In this document: in pieces, positions 10,505-19,504 of the stretch
Layout of the letters: every line of letters starts with the position of its first letter
How positions within the stretch are numbered: position 1 is the first letter of the stretch
NCBI GenBank assembly: GCA_019058295.1
Contig: JAHPZI010000022.1
Location: 124,316 to 188,315, forward strand
Origin: Promethearchaeota archaeon
GTDB lineage: Archaea > Asgardarchaeota > Lokiarchaeia > Sigyniarchaeales > SOKP01
Reading direction: 5' to 3'
Length of the DNA stretch: 64,000 bases
The notes under the pieces: generated by a model
Seen by the model: only the letters and a program-made list of their open reading frames with translations
Told to the model about the DNA's origin: nothing
Database searches by the model: none
Position numbers and translations under genes: made by a program

Positions 10505-10617
10505 TTCAATTTCACCTTATAAATATTATGATTTTTAATAGATTTTTATAAAACTTAAATCACATTGCATTTATAAAGGCATAAGGAAAGTTCTTTTACA
10601 ATAATAAAATTGTAAAA
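10505..10617 (-). promoter_or_regulatory. Conserved promoter/RBS region of surface protein 1
   Basis: GGTGA RBS, TTTATAAA TATA-like box at ~10570-10577, and a 23-nt block (10581-10603) matching 15909-15931 with one mismatch. Confidence 0.6.
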
Positions 10618-10801
10618 ATAGAATTCTAATTAGTATAGAAATTATCTTCAGAGACAATGAATAGGATTTCGGAATTTGTGAGTAGAACTTAAAATAGTGA
10701 GATTTTTATGTTTAAGTTAGTTCCAATCTTTAAAAAATCACTTTTTTATACATTTTTATATAATCAATGCAATATTAAATTAGTGAATTATAAATTATCT
10801 A

Positions 10802-11557
10802 TTGAATGATGATTATTTGGCGATAAATTTAAGAAATTTTCTATGCTTGGATCATCCAAGTGTCCAGAGTGTAATAGAAATAGCTCAAGAGATAATTAGC
10901 GATAATAGAGTTTTAGATACGGAAACTCTCTACAATATCGCAAAAAATCGCCTCCAAATACCCCATAAAGGGCTATTAAGTATCATTCAATTTCTTATTA
11001 ACAAGAAGATTTTGGTTGAGGGGTCGAAATTTACAAAAGATTTAGTCCTAAAGAATGTAAATAGAAAAAGGATATACAATTTCATTACATCTCATATCGG
11101 CGTACACTTTTCAATCATAAAAAAGGTTCTTTTTGATGCAGAAAGCGATAAATCTGGAAGCACGGGGCAATTACTTTGGCATTTAAAAATGTTAATTAAA
11201 TTCAATTATATCAAAAAAATCAGATTTAAGAAATATACACTCTTCATCCCAGTCGAAATTGATCATAAGGTTGGAATAATTTTCTTCTTATTACGTGACA
11301 AAATCAATAAAAAAATAGTAAACTTACTCATCAACGAACAAAAAGTTGAAAAATCCGAAATATACAAACATATAAATGAACAAAGAGAATTAGTTTATTA
11401 TCGAATTAATGATTTAACAGATCATGAAATAATTACCCAATCTCGCGAGGAAGATTGCTTAATTAACTTAAATCAACATAATAAGGAACTAATTGTTCAA
11501 ATCTATAATATTATTACAAATTTAAAAACAAAAAATTCTATAATACAAAGGGAGTAA
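10802..11557 (+). CDS. Multi-winged-helix transcription regulator
   Basis: 'RKRIYNFITSHIGVHFSII...GQLLWHLKML' and 'ELVYYRINDL' tandem wHTH patterns. Start may be the TTG at 10847. Confidence 0.75.
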   Translation: MNDDYLAINLRNFLCLDHPSVQSVIEIAQEIISDNRVLDTETLYNIAKNRLQIPHKGLLSIIQFLINKKILVEGSKFTKDLVLKNVNRKRIYNFITSHIGVHFSIIKKVLFDAESDKSGSTGQLLWHLKMLIKFNYIKKIRFKKYTLFIPVEIDHKVGIIFFLLRDKINKKIVNLLINEQKVEKSEIYKHINEQRELVYYRINDLTDHEIITQSREEDCLINLNQHNKELIVQIYNIITNLKTKNSIIQRE

Positions 11558-11595
11558 TGATTAAATATTAATTTAAAAGAGGTATTTTTAAGACA

Positions 11596-12912
11596 ATGGC
11601 TTTAAACTGGACACCTGAAGTGATAATAGATTTAATATTGTCGATCGTAATTTTTATCTCTGCAATCTTAACTTATGAAATTCCAAATACAAAAAAAATA
11701 AAGTCTTTATTTTATATCAGATTAGGAATTATTTTTATGGCATTATTTTTTCTATTTGAAGGATTATCTTTTATATTTATGAGCATTTTTCTTCATCAAA
11801 TCCATTCCATTTTGATTTTATTTTCTACATTTTTTTTATTAATAGGAATTAATTATACTATGAGAGAATCTCCAATTTCATGGAATTTAATTCCACTATT
11901 TCTATTTGCTATACCTTTTTTCTACTTGACATTTCAGCCCAGTATGATCATTAATACTTATGAGTTTGGCTATAAGACAATTGCTTGGACAGGATTACTC
12001 ATTATCGTAGGAGCTTTTATTAGTATTTTAGCGGCTACAATTCTCTTTTATTGGGGTTTAAAGACATATTTTAACTCACCATTCTTAATCAAAAAGGAGG
12101 CAAAATTATTTTTTATTGGCACTACGCTTAACTCTATTATTCCCACATGTATTTATCTGTTAACGCTATGGATTCCGATCTTAATTTTATTGTGTGATTT
12201 CATTATGATAATAGGAACATTAATTTTTATTATTGCCATTATAAAAGAACCTAAACTTCTCTATATTTTACCGTTTACTATTTACCGAATAAGTGTAAAA
12301 GATAGGAAAGGCTTTCCTTTGTTTGATCATGACTGGTCTAAATCAGATATCAACGAGACTTTATTTACAGGATTTATTAACGCAGTTCAAATGATGAGTC
12401 AGGAAGTTATGGACATTGGAGGATTAGTCGATATTCATTTAGAGGAGGGAATTCTAATGTTACAAGAATCTGAATATATAACTGTTGGATTGGTTGCCTC
12501 TAAATCATCCAAATTATTACAAGAAGCGCTTATAAATTTCTCAAAAGATTTTCAAATCATGTTCAAGAGAGAGTTAAAACAATCATGCAAAGATATGGTC
12601 AAATATGAAGCCGCCTATGAGTTAATTGAAAAATATTTCTCAAACTTTCCATATAGAATCATTACCAGTAAAAAACAGAAGCTTCTTTTATCTGGGAAAT
12701 TTGTAAAAATACCTCTTGAATTAGACAATCAACTTAAAAGTGTGTTCAAGGATCAGAATGAATATGAAGCAGTTAAAGCAGAATTGATTAAAACGCCCCT
12801 ATCCTTTCCATCAGAATTTCTAAACTTTGTTGATGAGTTCAAAAAAGAAATTAAAGAGTTGGATAACGATGATTATAAATATTTAGATTGGGAATATGAT
12901 GAGGAAAATTGA
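11596..12912 (+). CDS. Membrane protein: ~7 TM N-terminal domain fused to a cytoplasmic longin-like domain
   Basis: Hydrophobic helices in aa 1-220, then 'ISVKDRKGFPLFDHDW...LFTGFINAVQMMSQEV...LVDIHLEEGILML...ITVGLVASK...LINFSKDF...IEKYF', the Asgard longin-like pattern; GAGGT RBS. Confidence 0.7.
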   Translation: MALNWTPEVIIDLILSIVIFISAILTYEIPNTKKIKSLFYIRLGIIFMALFFLFEGLSFIFMSIFLHQIHSILILFSTFFLLIGINYTMRESPISWNLIPLFLFAIPFFYLTFQPSMIINTYEFGYKTIAWTGLLIIVGAFISILAATILFYWGLKTYFNSPFLIKKEAKLFFIGTTLNSIIPTCIYLLTLWIPILILLCDFIMIIGTLIFIIAIIKEPKLLYILPFTIYRISVKDRKGFPLFDHDWSKSDINETLFTGFINAVQMMSQEVMDIGGLVDIHLEEGILMLQESEYITVGLVASKSSKLLQEALINFSKDFQIMFKRELKQSCKDMVKYEAAYELIEKYFSNFPYRIITSKKQKLLLSGKFVKIPLELDNQLKSVFKDQNEYEAVKAELIKTPLSFPSEFLNFVDEFKKEIKELDNDDYKYLDWEYDEEN

Positions 12913-13141
12913 TTTATAATTTGAGGTTTTGTCGAATTCACAAGTTAAGGAAGCTTTACTTTTTGTAAAATATCATTCCTCATACCTTTTTATAAGCAAG
13001 TTGATTTAAATTCCCTAACAACATCCTTAAAAATGTCAAAGCATGTAAATAGGAAGATAATTCAAAAGAAGATATATTTTAATACTCTTATAAGGTTATC
13101 AATATAATAAAAAAGTTAAAAGAAAAGGATTTTAAAAAAAA

Positions 13142-13230
13142 ATTATTTATGAGAAGGGATGAGGCTTATAATTTCACTTTAAAGTTGGAATTTTTAGAAA
13201 TCTGAGCTCAACCCTTCATAATTTATATTT
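13142..13230 (-). repeat. Conserved structured 3'-UTR element, copy 2
   Basis: Direct repeat of 7562-7650; minus-strand stem GAAGGG.UGAG / CUCA.CCCUUC. Confidence 0.75.
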
Positions 13231-13249
13231 CCTTATATTTTTATTATCT

Positions 13250-15832
13250 TTATTTAGATATTTTAGATTTTTTTATAAATTTCCATCGCTTTCTCGTTAA
13301 TAATCCCAATGTTAATAAACACATTCCAACTAAAATTAGTATATTGTATCCCAGAATGGCTTCTGCTTTATCTTCTTTATCGTCATCATCATCCCCATTT
13401 GATAAAATTACTGGAGTGGAAGGAGTGGAAGGAATTTCAACTAGATTCACATAAATTGAATCTTCTGTCTCATTATTACCTACTAAATCAACGGCATAAT
13501 AATAAATGATATAGTGTGCAGGAATAAGGCCAGATAAGTTAAAAGGTGTACTATATTCAAATTCTTCAGAATTATTGATTTTGTATTTAATTATAGATAC
13601 TCCAGAACCAGAAAAATCATGAGCATTCAGAGTAAATAATGTGCTTTCATTTACAAGATTAGGTTTAATATGGGGTATATAGGATATTAATGAGCTTGGT
13701 GCAATAGTATCAACTGTAAAAGATCTTGATAAAGTTTGAAATTTTGTCCCAATCGAGTTGTTTCCAAATATCTGAATTGTGTGCATTCCATCACAAGGTA
13801 ATGGAATAGTAGTATTACCTAAAATAGTTCTATTAGTTTGAGCGTCTAAAGAATACCCCATCCAATCAAGATTAGTGGAATTTTTGAAATTTAATAATAA
13901 GTCTTCATTCAGATTATCTCCAATTTTATAATTATCATCCCAAGAATATCCCACGGCATCTATACATAATTTATAAGATACTGCGGCTGTTCCAGTCCAG
14001 AATGAAAGTGTATCAATATAATCTCTATCACCAAATCTAAAACCAATCTCCTGGGAGGTAATATTATCAATAATAACCCTATATGTATCAGGTGAAAGTC
14101 CTTTATAACCACCATTTCCACATTCGAATTCTATTTTTACATGCATCCAGGTATTAACAACAGGAGCAGGCATTTGATCAACGCCATTTTCTTGGTAAAT
14201 ATCATACCATATACCCCCGATGCGATAGTGCCATTCACTGATCATAATTCTGAAATCGGGACCGATATTGGCTCCTTCTAATACTCTTATCCTTTGAGGG
14301 TCATTTTGAATGTATCCAGTTCGTATCCAAAATTCTATAGTTCCATTCGTTTGCTGATTAAAGATATTATCCGCCCAACGAATATCTCCACCATTATTAT
14401 CAATTTCCATTACTTTTTTATGATTTCCCAAAGATTCAATTACACTACATCTGCTTCCAGTCCACCCAAAAGGCAGTGAACCATCATTATCATTTTCGAA
14501 ACCGTAAGTGGCATGGTAATATCCAGCCATCGACTTATAAGTTTTATTTTCTGGGGTAACTATTTTAATTATTGGTGAAGATATTGGAAAATTATCAACA
14601 CTACCTGCAGTACCTGGAATAGCATAAGGGATGTCTCCAATTCCATCACCATTTTTATCAATCCCTAGATAATCACTATAATAATTTCCTAAAATATCGT
14701 TATCCCAGTTATTATATGTTCCGTTATCCATCGCATTATTAGAATTTGCAATGAATTCATTCAAATAAATTGTATTGTTAATACAATCTTCTAAATATAT
14801 TCCATTTCGATTATTTTCTTTTACGGTATTTCCTAATATAGTGTTATTATGACAATCTCTTAAAAATATTCCATCCCGAGTACTATTAGATATAGTGTTT
14901 TCTAATATTGTATTATTTGTACAATCATTACTGATATATATCCCATCTATTGTATTATTAAATATAATGTTTCTTGAGATCGTGTTATTCTTACAATTAT
15001 TAGTCATAAATATCCCGTACCACTGTGAAGTTGTCATGTCAGTGCTCATATTATTTCCTGAGACAACATTATCATTACAATAAATAGTCACATATATACC
15101 AGAGCGGTCATTGTCATTTGCTGTGTTATTCGTGATAGTATTATTATTGCAGACAATTAAAAGTATCCCATCCTGTTTATTTTTATTTGCATTGTTTTCC
15201 GAAATAGTGTTATTATCGCTGCTATCTAGATAAATTCCATTGTAATCATTATATTCTAAAGTGTTTCCAGATATGCTATTATTATCACTCAGATATAGAA
15301 AAATCCCATTTCTATTATTGCTTATATTGTTTCTTAACAGAAAATTATTATTACAATTTTCACGTAAGTGTATACCGTGTCTTTTATTATTAGAGCAATT
15401 ATTCTCGATTATTTGTCCATTGTCAGTATTTCTTAAAAGTATCGCAGCATCACTACTTACGATACCAGAATTATACACTGTGCAATTTCTAATGATAAAA
15501 TAATCGTTTGAATCTTCAATTATTATACCACTACCCATTCCTACAGCATTTATGGTTACGTTTTCTATAATATGTGGATTTTGGGGAGTTCCAGCTCCTA
15601 CTTGAATCCAATCTAATGCCGTAGCTGACCAATTATCATTTAGAATGTGAATATGATTAGTTTTCCAATGTCCAGAAGTGTTTGGGTTTTTAAAGTTCCT
15701 CTCGGTGATATTTGCACTTTTTCTTTCATTTATCTCTATGTCAGCAAAGAAATTGTTGTTGTTTATAATCATTAAACAAAATAAAAATCCTAATGTAATC
15801 AGAATAGTTAAATGTGTTGTTTTAAACTTCAT
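13250..15832 (-). CDS. Cell-surface beta-helix (NosD-like) + ConA/LamG-like + Ig-like protein with Loki-CTERM-like anchor
   Basis: N-terminus paralogous to 7670-10504; one beta-helix unit; 'YGFEND..G..P.GW...GTIEFWI...WMHVKIEF' lectin-like domain; 'DTIAP...SGV..IKYKIN...YYAVDLVGN' Ig-like domain; DDDDD-ILGY-TM-RKR tail. Confidence 0.88.
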   Translation of the reverse strand: MKFKTTHLTILITLGFLFCLMIINNNNFFADIEINERKSANITERNFKNPNTSGHWKTNHIHILNDNWSATALDWIQVGAGTPQNPHIIENVTINAVGMGSGIIIEDSNDYFIIRNCTVYNSGIVSSDAAILLRNTDNGQIIENNCSNNKRHGIHLRENCNNNFLLRNNISNNRNGIFLYLSDNNSISGNTLEYNDYNGIYLDSSDNNTISENNANKNKQDGILLIVCNNNTITNNTANDNDRSGIYVTIYCNDNVVSGNNMSTDMTTSQWYGIFMTNNCKNNTISRNIIFNNTIDGIYISNDCTNNTILENTISNSTRDGIFLRDCHNNTILGNTVKENNRNGIYLEDCINNTIYLNEFIANSNNAMDNGTYNNWDNDILGNYYSDYLGIDKNGDGIGDIPYAIPGTAGSVDNFPISSPIIKIVTPENKTYKSMAGYYHATYGFENDNDGSLPFGWTGSRCSVIESLGNHKKVMEIDNNGGDIRWADNIFNQQTNGTIEFWIRTGYIQNDPQRIRVLEGANIGPDFRIMISEWHYRIGGIWYDIYQENGVDQMPAPVVNTWMHVKIEFECGNGGYKGLSPDTYRVIIDNITSQEIGFRFGDRDYIDTLSFWTGTAAVSYKLCIDAVGYSWDDNYKIGDNLNEDLLLNFKNSTNLDWMGYSLDAQTNRTILGNTTIPLPCDGMHTIQIFGNNSIGTKFQTLSRSFTVDTIAPSSLISYIPHIKPNLVNESTLFTLNAHDFSGSGVSIIKYKINNSEEFEYSTPFNLSGLIPAHYIIYYYAVDLVGNNETEDSIYVNLVEIPSTPSTPVILSNGDDDDDKEDKAEAILGYNILILVGMCLLTLGLLTRKRWKFIKKSKISK

Positions 15833-15940
15833 TTAAATTTCACCTTGTAAAAAGTATGATTTTTGATAGATTTTTATAACACTCGAATCATGTTACCTAT
15901 ATAAAGGAATAAGGAAGGTTCTTTTACAATAGCAAAATTT
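15833..15940 (-). promoter_or_regulatory. Conserved promoter/RBS region of surface protein 2
   Basis: Alignable along its length to 10505-10610. Confidence 0.6.
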
Positions 15941-15977
15941 TTAGTGAATTTGGAAAAAATCAAGGAGTAGTTTATAA

Positions 15978-16061
15978 ATGGATGAACGTCAGATAGGTGA
16001 TAATTTTAATAAGTCGAAATTAAATGATTTAACAAATTCGTTGAGAAAAAAATATATATAA
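15978..16061 (+). pseudogene. 27-codon mini-ORF whose 3' half resembles the pncB C-terminus (probable displaced 3' end of pncB)
   Basis: LNDLTNSLRKKYI* versus PncB LKKLTKSLKEKYI*; 30/42 nt identical with coincident stop. Confidence 0.5.
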
Positions 16062-16122
16062 GAGGAAGTCTCAAAAATCTATTACTCAAATACTTAAAAT
16101 CCTTAATAATAATAATAATTTT

Positions 16123-16149
16123 AAAAGTATAAAAAGTATAAAAAGTATA
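16123..16149 (+). repeat. Tandem 9-mer AAAAGTATA x3 upstream of tes
   Basis: Three exact adjacent copies. Confidence 0.7.
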
Positions 16150-16222
16150 GACTCTTTTTTTAAAATTAAATCTATTTTTAATAGAATAAATAACTTTTTT
16201 ATTATTTTAGGTGTAAAGATTA

Positions 16223-17941
16223 ATGTATCATATTGACGGAACGGACTACTTGAAAACCCCCTACTATAGTAAAACACGAAGTCTTTGTCCTGAATGCTTA
16301 CAAAGGATCGGTGCTGAGATTTACGAAGAGAATGATCAAATTTGGATGAGAAAAACGTGTCCTGATCATGGGGATTTCAAAGATATAATCAGTTCATCCG
16401 CAAAATATTATAAATGGACTCACTATAAGACTGAAAATTGGAGTTTTGATAAAGATGGCGATGCTAATCCTCCAGATTGCGAGATTACTGATAAAAGGGG
16501 GTGTCCTTATAATTGTGGTTTATGTCCTGAACATTTGTCTACTTGTTCTTTAGCGCTAATAGATCTTACAAATCGATGTAATTTCAACTGTAATTTCTGC
16601 TACGCTAATGTTCAGAAAGCTGGATATTTGATTGAGCCAAGTTTAGAAGAGATTGATAGAATAATGGCGCACTTTAGAAACAAACCAATACCGGCACCTT
16701 CCATTATGTTTACGGGAGGCGAGCCTACAGTAAGAAAAGATTTTCCCGAAATCTGCGCTATGGCTAAAAAACACGGTTTTAAAGAAGTTATTGTTGCAAC
16801 TAACGGTTATGGATTCCAGAGAAAGAATGGAGGGCTTGAATGGACGAAAAAAGTTTTCGAGGCGGGTTTAGATACTTTATACTTTCAATTTGATGGCATA
16901 AATAATGCTACTTATGAAAAAACTCGTGGAATTAAGAATTTAATGGAATACAAACAGAGAGTTATAGAAAATTGCCGAAAGGCAGAGCTCACATCAATTG
17001 TTTTAGTTGCTACAATTGCTAAGGGTGTTACCGATATAGAAATTGGAAATATTATTCAATATGCAATTGATAATATTGACGTGGTTAGAGGAATCACATT
17101 CCAGCCTGTAGCTCTATGTGGGAGAATAACTGCTGAAGATATGCAAGAATTGAGAATAACAAATGCTGATGTAATTCAAGAGATTGATAACCAAACGGGA
17201 GGCAAAATTAGTATTGAAAGTGCATGGTATCCTTTAACAACAATTGTTGAATGGGGAAGAATAATTGCATATTTGGCAGACATAGAACCTGTTGAATTTA
17301 CTTGCCATCCTGATTGTGGATTTGCCACATACCTCGCAATAGACCCAGAGACTAACGAAATGGTTTCAATAATGGATTATTTTGATCCTTTGAAGATTAT
17401 TGATTTTGCTAATAAATTTTGGGATAAAATTAAGAATAAAGAAAAAGAACCAATTAAATTCTTCTCAAGTTTATTAGGAGATTTTGGTGAAACCTTGGAT
17501 AAAGGTGTTAATTGGTTAGACAAACAACAATTGAAAGCAAGATTCCTTTTAGCTATGTTGCAACATACAAAGAAACCTGGAAAACTTATGGAGATGTTTA
17601 GCAGAGTATTGATAGATGGAAAATGGGATAGTATAAGTGCGTTTACACATGGAACGCTTTTAATAAGTTCGATGCATTTTCAGGATGCATATGATTTCAA
17701 TATTGAAAGAGTAAAGCGCTGTATAGTTCATTTTGGAGTCGCTATGCCTGATGGGACAGTAAAAGAGGTCTCATTTTGTACAATGAACACTCTCCACCGA
17801 CCTGAAATAGAAAAGCAGGTTGCGAAGAAATTAACAGAAAAAGTCAAAAACGAATTCGATACCACAATGGGTTATCGAGTAGACGAAATCGATCAAGAAG
17901 TTGCCCATAATGGGGGAACAATCAAGGATGAGGAATTTTAA
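16223..17941 (+). CDS. tes: Tetraether lipid synthase (GDGT macrocyclising radical SAM enzyme)
   Basis: N-terminal 'SLCPEC...KTCPDHG', 'GCPYNCGLCPEH', CxxxCxxC (CNFNCNFC), 'FTCHPDCG', 'MHFQDAY..ERVKRC', 'FCTMN..HR' match the Tes/MJ0619 family. Confidence 0.88.
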   Translation: MYHIDGTDYLKTPYYSKTRSLCPECLQRIGAEIYEENDQIWMRKTCPDHGDFKDIISSSAKYYKWTHYKTENWSFDKDGDANPPDCEITDKRGCPYNCGLCPEHLSTCSLALIDLTNRCNFNCNFCYANVQKAGYLIEPSLEEIDRIMAHFRNKPIPAPSIMFTGGEPTVRKDFPEICAMAKKHGFKEVIVATNGYGFQRKNGGLEWTKKVFEAGLDTLYFQFDGINNATYEKTRGIKNLMEYKQRVIENCRKAELTSIVLVATIAKGVTDIEIGNIIQYAIDNIDVVRGITFQPVALCGRITAEDMQELRITNADVIQEIDNQTGGKISIESAWYPLTTIVEWGRIIAYLADIEPVEFTCHPDCGFATYLAIDPETNEMVSIMDYFDPLKIIDFANKFWDKIKNKEKEPIKFFSSLLGDFGETLDKGVNWLDKQQLKARFLLAMLQHTKKPGKLMEMFSRVLIDGKWDSISAFTHGTLLISSMHFQDAYDFNIERVKRCIVHFGVAMPDGTVKEVSFCTMNTLHRPEIEKQVAKKLTEKVKNEFDTTMGYRVDEIDQEVAHNGGTIKDEEF

Positions 17942-17955
17942 GAGGTGATTTATAA

Positions 17956-18231
17956 ATGGCTGAAATAGATCCTGAATCTGGATTGAAATTAAGGAAATTG
18001 ACTGAATTAAAACCTACAGCTGCTGAAGAATATCAAGAAGCGATGTTGAATAGAGTGGACTATTTTTCAAAAAAAAGGGATTCCACATTTAATAGTTTCG
18101 TTGAAAATACTATAGTAGGCAGTCTTAAGATTTTGTTAGATTTAAAAGTGAAAGTTGAGGAAATGCTTGGCGACGACAATAAGGAAAAGGTCCATGAGAT
18201 GATTGATAAATTACTTTTATTTGGTCTTTAA
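17956..18231 (+). CDS. Small hypothetical protein, probably co-transcribed with tes
   Basis: Strong GAGGTGA RBS, 14 nt after the tes stop. Confidence 0.8.
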   Translation: MAEIDPESGLKLRKLTELKPTAAEEYQEAMLNRVDYFSKKRDSTFNSFVENTIVGSLKILLDLKVKVEEMLGDDNKEKVHEMIDKLLLFGL

Positions 18232-18276
18232 TTTATTTTTCACAATATTTTTTTAAATTACATTTTTTTAATTATA

Positions 18277-19356
18277 ATGGCTTTTAATGTAATTACACTT
18301 CCAGTTATAGTGCTATTTATTTTAAATGGATTTTGTCAATTATATTACGCGATTAAACTAAAAAGAAAGTACCCAGAGGAACATAATATCATAAATAGTT
18401 ATGTTTCTTTTGTTTTATGGATTATTGCTGGATTGTTATATCCATTCATTTATTTAACGGACAATTCACGTATTAGATGGTTTCAAGCATTATCAACATT
18501 TTTTATCTGTATTTTTACGCCCGGAATTCTTTTTCTAATACTATATTATCAATATAGAGTTGTTAAAAAGAATCCTGAATTGAAAAAAAGAAGGTGTTTC
18601 TCTTTTTTTATAAAAGAATTTAACCAAAAAAGAAATGAAACCCAGAACATGAAAATTAGTAAATTTAGAAAAGACATAAATAGAAAAGCTTTACATTTAT
18701 TTCCGGCAAGTGTAATAATTATATTATGGATATTTGCCGTTTATATATGGGACGGGATGTGGAAGGCCGACCAAATTTGGGGAATAAGTGGTGTGAATTT
18801 TGGAAAGTTTTTAATTATCACTGCGGGATATTCTGGAATTCTAGTTTTTTCTGCATTAGATTACGTGAGATTGTCGTATATTTTTGAAAATCGTAATATT
18901 TTTCATTTATTACCTGATAATGTCTCAAATATATTAAAAAAGGCTTTAAATAGAAATGAGTTGTATGAATTTACGAGACCTGCTGTTTTTGTTTTAGCAC
19001 TCGTGCCTATCTTTTTTTTTCCCTTTGGAATCTTTGCTGCCGCAGCATTAATAGGAACAATTGGCGACGGTGCCGCCTCCGTTTTCGGTATAAAGTTTGG
19101 AAAGCGCAATTTTCCCAAAAACAGTGATAAGACTGTTGTTGGGTACATAGCCGGATTTTTAGCTTCATTCGGAATAGTTATTTTTTCTCTATGGATATTT
19201 GAAAGTGATTTGGTTCTTGAAAAAATATTAATAATAGCTTTAGGAGGAGCTGTTATATTCTTTATAATTGACTTTTTAAACCTTAGAATTGACGATGATA
19301 TCCTAAATCCATTATGTTGCGCAATAGTTATGATTTTATTGTATTATTTCATTTAA
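18277..19356 (+). CDS. CTP-dependent polyprenol/diacylglycerol kinase family (SEC59/DGK1/VTE5-like)
   Basis: 'RKALHL' and 'IGDGAASVFGIKFG...KTVVG...DD' motifs; polytopic membrane protein. Confidence 0.8.
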   Translation: MAFNVITLPVIVLFILNGFCQLYYAIKLKRKYPEEHNIINSYVSFVLWIIAGLLYPFIYLTDNSRIRWFQALSTFFICIFTPGILFLILYYQYRVVKKNPELKKRRCFSFFIKEFNQKRNETQNMKISKFRKDINRKALHLFPASVIIILWIFAVYIWDGMWKADQIWGISGVNFGKFLIITAGYSGILVFSALDYVRLSYIFENRNIFHLLPDNVSNILKKALNRNELYEFTRPAVFVLALVPIFFFPFGIFAAAALIGTIGDGAASVFGIKFGKRNFPKNSDKTVVGYIAGFLASFGIVIFSLWIFESDLVLEKILIIALGGAVIFFIIDFLNLRIDDDILNPLCCAIVMILLYYFI

Positions 19357-19414
19357 AATTTTATTAAGTTATATTAGATTCTTTTCAGCACAAAAACCAC
19401 ACCCTCATACATTT

Positions 19415-19436
19415 ATCAATATTAATTAATATTGAT
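19415..19436. promoter_or_regulatory. Perfect 22-bp palindrome ATCAATATTAATTAATATTGAT
   Basis: Exact inverted repeat ~70 nt upstream of the Fe-S gene. Confidence 0.45.
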
Positions 19437-19504
19437 TAATTACTATTTTAAAATCAAGAGGAATTCTTTAACGACAATAATGACTATTTGTGAAAAAATA
19501 AATT

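Noticed and set aside
7670-15832. Diversity-generating retroelement or invertible shufflon acting on the surface genes
   Set aside because: No reverse transcriptase or recombinase; repeats are direct, and differences are not adenine-specific.
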